From Nitrosopumilales archaeon (GTDB lineage: Archaea; Thermoproteota; Nitrososphaeria; Nitrososphaerales; Nitrososphaeraceae): a stretch of 17,985 bases of DNA. Below the pieces are notes generated by a model. That model saw only the letters and a program-made list of their open reading frames with translations. It did not search any database and had not been told where the DNA came from. Position 1 is the first letter of the stretch. Each line of letters begins with the position of its first letter. Both the position numbers and the translations under genes were made by a program. Location: NCBI GenBank assembly GCA_044507735.1, contig JBIQJB010000035.1, forward strand, positions 1 to 17,985, in the 5' to 3' direction. This document shows, one piece after another, positions 1 to 7,555 of the stretch.

Positions 1-313
1 GAGTAGTTTCTTTGTCTGCCCTTTCTTCTCCCCCTTGCCCCGTTTGATCATTGATGATGTAGAGGTGAAACATCCTAGTATTGCTCTTAAAACCGGCTCG
101 ACCCTTGAACTGCTTGCTGTACTCAAACAGCGGTTTGTCTGTTCTTAGAATCAGCTGCTTTCTCCACAGGTTTGATAACAAATGTGATATCGTCTTTTCA
201 TCAATGCCGGTAGCGTTGATAATATCTCTGGCTGATTTTGGCTTGCCATCTGCCAGTGCAGTCAGTACAGCTTTTACGTAATGCTCTCTGCCATGTACAA
301 TATCAGCCATCAT
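1..313 (-). CDS. Winged helix-turn-helix domain protein, partial (3' end runs off the window)
   Basis: Manual translation, not in the ORF track: ATG at 313 or 310 gives MMADIVHGREHYVKAVLTALADGKPKSARDIINATGIDEKTISHLLSNLWRKQLILRTDKPLFEYSKQFKGRAGFKSNTRMFHLYIIND..., open to position 1. The segment VLTALADGKPKSARDIINATGIDEKTISHLLSNLWRKQLI has a typical wHTH pattern. A TATA-like box lies upstream. Confidence 0.8.
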   Translation of the reverse strand, partial: MMADIVHGREHYVKAVLTALADGKPKSARDIINATGIDEKTISHLLSNLWRKQLILRTDKPLFEYSKQFKGRAGFKSNTRMFHLYIINDQTGQGGEERADKETT

Positions 314-331
314 TTACTGCACTCTCCAGTG

Positions 332-339
332 TATTTAAG
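332..339 (-). promoter_or_regulatory. Putative TATA box of the wHTH gene
   Basis: CTTAAATA on the minus strand, about 20 nt upstream of the ATGs at 313/310, a spacing compatible with a leaderless transcript. Confidence 0.45.
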
Positions 340-411
340 GCGGAGTTCAAACGGTTGCCTGTATTGTACGGTGCCGCAAAAAATCGATCTCGGTTATTCT
401 TGCTTGTTTGC

Positions 412-444
412 TGCCAAAGAGCAATATTCTTGCTCCTTTTGGCA
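412..444. repeat. Inverted repeat / hairpin just 3' of the tRNA
   Basis: TGCCAAA-GAGCAA [TATTC] TTGCTC-(CT)-TTTGGCA: 13-bp stem with a 2-nt bulge. Confidence 0.7.
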
Positions 445-500
445 AAGTTAGATGGTGCGGGGGGTGGGATTTGAACCCACGAACCCCTAAGGGACGGGAT

Positions 501-520
501 AACCCATTCCTATGTGAGAT
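501..520 (-). other. tRNA intron at canonical position 37/38 (20 nt)
   Basis: ATCTCACATAGGAATGGGTT. The BHB central helix is CTTA/TGGG (two G.U pairs), with bulges AG^A and TT^A. Confidence 0.88.
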
Positions 521-534
521 CTTAAGTCCCGCGT

Positions 535-551
535 CTCCAATTTTGTAGCCT
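535..551 (-). other. Non-canonical tRNA intron in the D-arm, position ~23/24 (17 nt)
   Basis: AGGCTACAAAATTGGAG. The central helix is CCAA/TTGG with bulges AT^A and AG^A. Removal restores the D-stem GTA/TAC. Confidence 0.82.
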
Positions 552-605
552 ATTTGGCCAGGCTCTACAACCCCCGCTGACCTATGACTGCGTTAGTGCA
601 GTGTG

Positions 606-613
606 TAATTAAA
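606..613 (-). promoter_or_regulatory. Putative TATA box of the tRNA-Leu gene
   Basis: TTTAATTA on the minus strand, 28 nt upstream of the mature tRNA 5' end. Confidence 0.55.
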
Positions 614-1171
614 TCTTGATCTCGTGTATGTATGCATGCGCGCATGTTTGTGTGTTTCCATCATGATGTGCGCGAGCAAGGCCGCTGCGAATCTTCATCG
701 ATAAGCGATCAGATATCACCATCTATCTGGGAAACGGGAGACGCACTCTAAACATAGCAGTATCAAGGCAGATCGGCGCCGGCCAGTTCTGTAACTCTGG
801 GCACCTCAACGAGCAGCGAGAATTGTCATTTGCAGCAGAAGCATACTGCTTGTGGATAACGTGTCCCCCTATTTGTCCACTCACTAGCGTGAAAACAAGG
901 GATGATGACTGTTGGTAGGCCCGATCTTTCCTAGCACCAATAGCATCCAGCGATAGGAGGGGGTCATTACATACCGAACCTAACAGGGATATTAGTTCCA
1001 TATCGAAGAAATTTGAAATAATTCAACTCTTTCGCTGACGGCTATGGTTCGCGACTATCTGATGGTGACGACCCTCAGCTAGATCTTGAACGTTATCGAA
1101 TCTCAGCAGATTGAGCCATTCTGAAAAAGGATTTCATAGCTGAAATAATCAACCCAGAGTAAGAAAACTAC

Positions 1172-4100
1172 CTACTCCAGTTTCACGTAGTTTCGTAATG
1201 GCGCCAGAGTCGGTGTATTGCTGCTGAGCCAGTGCAGCGTCTTTGTAAATGACGTTGCAGACTCTATCGTGGTCAGAACCGGTATCCCCATCTCGACTGC
1301 TTTTCTCCGAATTTGATACTCATCATACAGCATCCCTACGTACTTTTCGATCGTGGATGTGGCGGGAATGTTGATAATAAAATCGATCTTGCGTTCATAT
1401 AGCAAGTCCGCGATGTTAGGCTTTCTGTCCGGTTCACTTATCTTGTAAACCAGCTGTACATCTTTGAAGTTGTTGTTCTCCATAAATTCAGCGGTATGTT
1501 CTGTGGCAAGCATCTTGTAGTTCATGGAGGAAATAAGCGACACGATTGGCAGTAGCTTCTCTTTATTCTTTTGTCCCCCGACTGTTATCAACGCAGTTCC
1601 TGTCAACGGTAGGGAATAACCGGCAGCCATGTAAGCCTTGGACAGAGCGTCGTAGAACGAGTTGCCAAAGCACGCGACCTCGCCAGTCGACTGCATCTCC
1701 ACGCCTAGCACAATGTCTGAACCTTCGAGCTGCATGAACGAGAACTGCGGAACCTTTATTCCAAACCCGGTGGTCTTCAACCACAAATCTTTCGCTGTAG
1801 GTGGCAACTTCCTGCCAGTCATTGCCTTTGCGGCCAAGCTTATCAGGTTAAATCCAACGAACTTGCTCACAAACGGCATGGAACGCGACGCTCTGACGTT
1901 CGCTTCGATTACCGACACTTCACCATCCTTCACCAGATACTGAATGTTGAAGGGGCCCTTGACATTAAGCGCCTTTCCGATCTTGACAGAGTTGTCCACT
2001 ATGGTATCGATTGTCTCCCTTTCGAGACGCCAGGGCGGTATGCTCATCATAGCATCTCCGGAGTGGACGCCTGCATTGTCAATGTGTTCTATTACTGAAC
2101 CAATAATGACATCCGTACCATCTGACACAGCATCCACCTCTACTTCGGCTGCATCCTGCAGGAACTTGCTGATGACCACAGGGTGGTCGCGGCTAACGTT
2201 TGTTGCGTCAGTCAGAAATTGCTCCAGTTGCTGGTCTCCCCATACCACCTTCATGGCTGCGCCAGAGAGCACGTATGAGGGCCTAACAAGCACAGGGTAG
2301 CCCACCAAATCGGCAAATTCCTTTGCCTCTGCAAGAGAAGTAAACTTTCTCCATGCAGGCTGCTTTATTCCTAGTGTGTCGAGCAATTGACCGAATTTTG
2401 CGCGATCTTCTGCTCTGTCCACGTCTTCCGCGCTTGTTCCTACGATCTTGATTCCGTTTTTCGCTAATTTCGGTGTAAGGTTGTTGGCGGTTTGGCCGCC
2501 CACACATGTCACTACGCCAGTCGGCTTTTCTATTTCACAGATATCCAAGACCCGCTCCAGCGTTAGTTCATCGAAATACAGGCGATCGCAAATGTCGTAA
2601 TCAGTAGACACTGTTTCAGGATTGCAGTTGATTACCGAGATCTCCTTCACGCCATTGTCCTTGAGTCCCCATACCATGTTTACCGTCCCCCAATCAAATT
2701 CGACGCTGCTTCCGATCCTATATGGCCCAGCTCCTAGTACTATCATCCTCTTGCTCTTGTCATTCTCTTCCACCTTGATATCGTCTTCACTTCCTCCATA
2801 CGTCACGTAAAGGTAATTGGTTTTTGCGGGCCATTCCGCTGCAAGTGTGTCGATCTGCTTGACTGCCGGCTTGATCCCAAACTTTTGCCTGAATGCTCTA
2901 ACCTGCATCTCGTCAAGGTTCTGGCATCGGGCGATCTGTATATCAGAAAATCCCAATTTCTTTGCGCGCCTTATGATGTTTTCATCAAATCCGGTGGTCC
3001 TGCGCAGTTGTTCCTCCATGTCTACAATATTCTTTATCTTTGTAAGGAACCACGGATCAATGTAAGATAGCTGGTAGATCCTTTCGATCGACATGCCTGC
3101 CTTCATGGCCTCTACAACGTGGAAAATTATCTCGTCATTTGGATGAATCAAGGCTTGTTCGATCCTCTCCATGTCCTCAGGAGAGGGTATAGGAGGAGAA
3201 TTGGCATTTGCCACAAGACCGTCCTTGCCCATATCGCACATCCTTATCGCCTTTTGCACGACTTCCTCGAACGTCCTGCCGATTGCCATGACCTCCCCTA
3301 CCGACTTCATGGTACTTCCGAGCTTACGCTTCACCAGTTCGAACTTGGAAAAGTCCCATCGGGGCATCTTGAGCACGACATAGTCGAGCGACGGTTCAAA
3401 GCATGCGGTAGTCGCCTTTGTGATCCTATTTATCAGCTCTGGTAGAGTATAACCCAACCCTATCTTTGCAGCCATGTATGCAAGCGGGTATCCCGTGGCC
3501 TTGCTCGCAAGCGCCGATGATCTCGACAGCCTTGCGTTTATCTCAATGGCAGTATATTCCTCTGACTGAGGATCAAGCCCGAACTGGATATTGCATTCGC
3601 CCACAATGCCACAATAGTTTGTCGCCCTTATCGCGGCAGATCGGAGCATGTGGTACTCGTAGTTATTAAGCGTCTGCGATGGCGCGATGACAATGTTGTC
3701 GCCAGTGTGCACGCGCATTGCAAGGAGATTTTCCATATTGCAGACGATGACACTATTGCCCTTGTAGTCACGCATCACCTCGTACTCAATCTGCTTCCAG
3801 TGCCCGACGTAACGCTCTATCAGGATCTGGTGCACCATGCTGAGGTTGAGGCCCCTCTGCGCGATTTCTTGCAATTCGTATTCGTTGTATGCTACTCCGC
3901 CTCCCCTGCCTCCGAGGGTGTATGCAACCCTGATTATGACAGGGTATCCTATTTCGTTGGCAGCCTTGAATGCCTCATCCAATGAATTGACCGCAAAACT
4001 GCGGAGCACAGGTACATCGCTCTTTATCATTGCATCCTTGAAGAGCTGCCTGTCCTCCGTGATTTCAATCCCCTTGATCTGTGTCCCTAGCACCCTTATG

Positions 4101-4456
4101 CCATACTTTTCCAAGATGCCCTGATCGTGCAATGCGACACCGCAGTTGAGCGCCGTCTGACCGCCAAACCCAAGCATTATCGAGTCAGGCCTTTCCATCT
4201 CGATTATTTTTTCAACGTTGGCAGTATTGATCGGTACTGGATACACCTTATCAGCAAAGCGCGTATCAGTCTGGATAGTTGCGATGTTGGGGTTTATGAG
4301 GACGCTCTTTATGCCCTCCTCTGCTAGAGCCTTGAGGCATTGCGAACCGGAGTAGTCGAACTTGCGGCCAGTTTACTGGCTCTCGCCTGCTTCTCCGATT
4401 TTTATTGCACCGCTGCCTAGCACGAGTACTTTTCTTATCGATTCATCCCTTGGCGC
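1172..4456 (-). CDS. carB: Carbamoyl-phosphate synthase large subunit, split: exon 1 4456-4382, exon 2 4360-1172 (about 1087 aa if spliced)
   Basis: Two ATP-grasp domains (IIRVAYTLGGRGGG, VRPSYVLSG, IEINARLSRSS, IEANVRASRS), GPYRIGSSVEFD, NCNPETVSTDYD and a C-terminal MGS-like domain. The ORF-track start at 4246 is truncated: the same frame upstream encodes xPRDESIRKVLVLGSGAIKIGEAGE, then a 21-nt insert, then FDYSGSQCLKALAEEGIKSVLINPNIATIQTD. The start codon is uncertain (see findings). Confidence 0.93.
4361..4381 (-). other. Candidate 21-nt BHB-type pre-mRNA intron in carB
   Basis: AGCCAGTAAACTGGCCGCAAG lies between the GAG (Glu) and TTC (Phe) codons of the conserved GE-FDYSG motif. It contains an in-frame TAA (4375-4373), an internal hairpin GCCAG-TAAA-CTGGC and a relaxed BHB at both junctions. 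Confidence 0.75.
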
Positions 4457-5744
4457 CTTTTTTCACCCCTTTCTTTTTTGCGGATTTTTTCAATGGCTTA
4501 TTTGTCTTTTTCTTCATCATCGGCCGCGTCGACTTCTTTGGAAGTGTCTGCGTTGGCGACGATGCCGGATTCTTGCTCATTCCGTTAGTGATAACCTCTT
4601 TGAAGCGGTCAAATACATACATGCAGTCGTATGGCCCTGGCGAGGCCTCTGGGTGGAACTGCACCGCGATTATAGGCTTGCTCTTGTGCTCAATTCCTTC
4701 CACCGTGTCGTCATCTGCGTTTTCAAACCAGACCCTGAAGCCGGATTTTTCAAGTGTCTTTGGATCTATCCCATATCCGTGGTTCTGGCTCGTCACGTAG
4801 ACTTGGTTATTGTGTCTGTCGATACACGGTTTGTTCTGCCCTCTGTGACCAAATTTCAGCTTGTAAGTGTCAGCACCACCTGCAAGCGCAAGTATCTGAT
4901 TTCCTAGACATATCCCAAGAGTTGGTGTAGACTCTTTGATCAATTTTGAAGCCGTCTTGATCGTGGGTGTGCAGACCTTGGGGTCGCCCGGGCCGTTGCT
5001 TATTACGACGCCCTTTGGGTTATAGGACATTATCTGATCGTGTGTTGCATCCCAAGGGAGGCGCACGACGCGGTAGCCCGTCCGCATGATGTTTCTTATT
5101 ATGCTGTATTTGACGCCTGTGTCGAGGACTACAATGCAGTCTTTCGCCTTGTCGCCATACTCTTGTGGCTTGTCTGTCGACACTTCAGGCATAAAGTTGA
5201 GACCATCATACTTTGCATTTGCGAGTGCCTCTTTCAGCTGCACGTCTGTTATCTCTCCTTCTTCTTTGGAAACAATAACTGCGCCCATCATGACTCCCTT
5301 CACTCGCAGTTTTTTCGTTAATGCCCTAGTGTCGATGCCATAGATCCCAGGCACCTTTTCTTCATAGAGCCATTGGTCCAGCGTTTTTGTGCAGCTCCAG
5401 TGGCTTGCAATATCTGACAAATCATGAATCAATAGTGCCTTGACCTGTATCCGGTCTGATTCAAAGAACTTTGGTAAACCATACTCGTCTTTGATGTCAA
5501 AGCTCGGGACCCCGTAGTTGCCTATAAGAGGGTAGGTCATGCACAGGATCTGGCCGCGGTACGATGGGTCGGTCAGCGTTTCGGTGTAGCCCACCATCCC
5601 GGTGTTGAACACGACTTCGCCACCAATTTCAGAGGGATAACCAAAGCCGATACCGTCAAAAACACTGCCATCTTCTAGAATGAGCTTGGCCTTGTAGCCA
5701 GTGTAGGTCTGTTGCAGTGTTGGAATTTTTTGAACCCTCACCAA
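4443..5744 (-). CDS. carA: Carbamoyl-phosphate synthase small (glutaminase) subunit with a Lys-rich C-terminal tail
   Basis: LILEDG, GEVVFNTGMVGY, TDPSYRGQI, SNGPGDP, catalytic GICLG, KFGHRGQN, SQNHGY and QFHPE motifs. The start is TTG 5744 or GTG 5741. Confidence 0.97.
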   Translation of the reverse strand: MVRVQKIPTLQQTYTGYKAKLILEDGSVFDGIGFGYPSEIGGEVVFNTGMVGYTETLTDPSYRGQILCMTYPLIGNYGVPSFDIKDEYGLPKFFESDRIQVKALLIHDLSDIASHWSCTKTLDQWLYEEKVPGIYGIDTRALTKKLRVKGVMMGAVIVSKEEGEITDVQLKEALANAKYDGLNFMPEVSTDKPQEYGDKAKDCIVVLDTGVKYSIIRNIMRTGYRVVRLPWDATHDQIMSYNPKGVVISNGPGDPKVCTPTIKTASKLIKESTPTLGICLGNQILALAGGADTYKLKFGHRGQNKPCIDRHNNQVYVTSQNHGYGIDPKTLEKSGFRVWFENADDDTVEGIEHKSKPIIAVQFHPEASPGPYDCMYVFDRFKEVITNGMSKNPASSPTQTLPKKSTRPMMKKKTNKPLKKSAKKKGVKKGAKG

Positions 5745-5759
5745 CTGTTAAAGTAAGCA

Positions 5760-5774
5760 AATTTAAATTTTTTC
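5760..5774 (-). promoter_or_regulatory. BRE-TATA promoter of carAB
   Basis: GAAAAAA-TTTAAATT on the minus strand, about 20 nt upstream of the carA start. Confidence 0.65.
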
Positions 5775-6243
5775 ATTCAAGTGATCTGCGGGATATGCAT
5801 GACAGGAACGGCTATTGGTTGATGCTGCTCGGCCCATTCCATGGCTGCCTTGCTCACGGGTATGCCATCATAGATCCACGTCTTGCTGAAGAGTTCGGTT
5901 ATGCAAGTTTCTTCCATCGGACAGACCATACCCATAACGCCCTATTTTCTCAGGAGGATGTCGGTTCCACAATCAGATGCACTTCATAACCGTTCTCCAT
6001 TCCGCCTCAGCAGGATTTGAACTTTCACAGGCCCTTGCAGGCAGGGCCATCTCCTCAGAAATAAGGGGCAGGGTCTGGTATTAGGATGCGATTTGGATGA
6101 AATTGCGGGACACACGGACACGAAGCCAGGGGCCAACAACGTTGCTTGCTTTTTTCAGTGCTTTTTAACTAGACTGACTACTACTTGCAGAAGGCCCATC
6201 CGGGATAGAGTAATATTGTTGGCGTACCTATGAAACACACGCC

Positions 6244-6624
6244 TTGCAGACACGACATCGTTGCGCGATCTGTGGTTCCAGATTTGCCGAGCGTAAGTGC
6301 TACTACTGTGAAAGCAAAGTCTGCACATCATGCGTCGTCCCAGTCGAAGTGTCGGGCTCGACGACAAAGTGCCTGACCTGCGACAGGAGAAAAATAAACA
6401 AACTAAGCTTTGCTCAACTGATGAGACGCAACTATTACCTATTTGCGATAATAGTCGCCTACTGGCTATTCACTGTATTTCCAATACCTTTTATGCACCT
6501 TGCGGGCCTTGAGATTAACCCGACCGCATTCCAACCTGTGCTCATAGCCACTGCGGCTATGACGATACCATTTGTGTTCTTGTTCGTCGCATGGCAGAGG
6601 AAGGCACCTAGAGGATACTCATAG
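6244..6624 (+). CDS. Hypothetical Zn-finger membrane protein (four CxxC motifs and two predicted TM helices)
   Basis: CAIC, CYYC, CTSC and CLTC, followed by the hydrophobic segments YYLFAIIVAYWLFTVFPIPFM and VLIATAAMTIPFVFLFVAW and a basic C-terminus. TTG start. Confidence 0.8.
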   Translation: MQTRHRCAICGSRFAERKCYYCESKVCTSCVVPVEVSGSTTKCLTCDRRKINKLSFAQLMRRNYYLFAIIVAYWLFTVFPIPFMHLAGLEINPTAFQPVLIATAAMTIPFVFLFVAWQRKAPRGYS

Positions 6625-7544
6625 TGCCGTTTGGATGATTCCTTAAGCAAACGGTCAACCACGGCCGTTTTTGGATCGCGTTGCCATCGGAGAATGTTAT
6701 AGTATTCTAGCCTGCCATTAGCTCTTTCTGCCTCGATGGCGACATGTGATTTTGTTCGCTCTTGGCGTGTATCGGCAGCAACCAGGCAATCAAGAATAGA
6801 CCTCACCAACCATCCAATCGCACAGCCAGAGTGACTGGCAATGTCGCTATGAACGAGGCGTAGGACCTGGCGGCATTTATTGTCATCACCCAGCCCCTCT
6901 GAAGCATCTCTTGGTGGCCCTTGGAAAACGAGCTCAATATCTGCAAATAGCCCGGGCGGCGATAGGATATGACCTCACGGTGACAGAATGTCAACAGTGA
7001 GACCGTATTTCAACAAAGCATCCATGCACGGCTTCGAATCAAATGAGCACCGATCGGCTGATCCGGAAAAATGCGGTTGCCATGACAGGTCTTTGATTTG
7101 AAAGTGCCTTTATAGACCATCACTGCCCAGCGTAGCATTGAGCAGAACTGATGATCCCCGCAGACGAAAAAGAGGAATGACGGAATTAACATATCAACAA
7201 CACGTATCTCGCGATTTAAGGACAATAATCCAACCGCACTAGGACTATGCTGTCATCGACAGGTGACACTGATCTACCACTATAGAGTTTTAGTTGTCCG
7301 AAGGCTATAGGGCGCAGGCTAGCTCCAAAACGGCGGTGCCACTCTATTCCCATGATTGTGATTTCTTTCTGTGTGGTTCAAGAACAAGCTCCATCTTGAA
7401 AGCGAAGTATATGTAAAATTGAAGCGCAGAGACAACCGCGTTGAAATTCCCCTCCAGACCAGGCTAGTAAAGGAACAAGCCATCGTCGGCATTGCACAAT
7501 AACTCAGATAGAAGCTGAGGTACAATTCGTGTTCTCTGCAGAGG

Positions 7545-7553
7545 AAAAACAAA
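7545..7553 (-). terminator. Putative U-rich terminator after leuB
   Basis: TTTGTTTTT on the minus strand, starting 2 nt after the leuB stop codon. Confidence 0.45.
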
Positions 7554-7555
7554 GT

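Larger units (their letters stand above)
453..577 (-). tRNA. tRNA-Leu (anticodon UAA) with two introns and encoded CCA
   Basis: Removing 551-535 and 520-501 gives an 88-nt cloverleaf: GCGGGGG TT GTAG AGCCTGGCCAA ATAC G CGGGA CT-TAA-GA TCCCG TCCCTTAGGGGTTC GTGGG TTCAAAT CCCAC CCCCCGC A CCA. It has a long variable arm and an A discriminator, both typical of Leu. The anticodon is at 524-522. Confidence 0.95.

Noticed and set aside
723-1001. 92-aa minus-strand ORF between the tRNA and carB
   Set aside because: No recognisable motif and an atypical composition; cannot be supported.
1065-1124. Possible C/D-box sRNA (GTGACGA...CTGA)
   Set aside because: The C box is degenerate, and there are no convincing D'/C' boxes or guide target.
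1172-4246. ORF-track CarB of 1024 aa starting MYPVPIN
   Set aside because: It starts at an internal GTG and lacks about 63 conserved N-terminal residues that are encoded in frame upstream, across the 21-nt insert.
4373-4375. Selenocysteine/pyrrolysine recoding or an intein at the carB insert
   Set aside because: The stop is TAA, not TGA or TAG. Readthrough would leave seven extra residues in a conserved motif, and the insert is far too short for an intein.
1172-4456. carB as a pseudogene
   Set aside because: Apart from the start codon, the only lesion is a structured, precisely excisable insert. Motifs are intact over 3.2 kb and carA is intact. Not formally excluded.
1546-5343. Numerous plus-strand ORFs antisense to carB and carA
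   Set aside because: Shadow ORFs of well-supported genes with no recognisable motifs.
6010-6022. tRNA T-loop-like GTTCAAATCCTGC on the minus strand as an att site or tRNA fragment
   Set aside because: The T-stem 5' strand and acceptor stem do not pair, and the flanks do not match the tRNA-Leu 3' end.
6459-7552. Short minus-strand ORFs 6459-6809, 6803-6994, 7010-7225 and 7319-7552
   Set aside because: No homology cues; one overlaps the Zn-finger gene antisense. Likely non-coding or decayed sequence.
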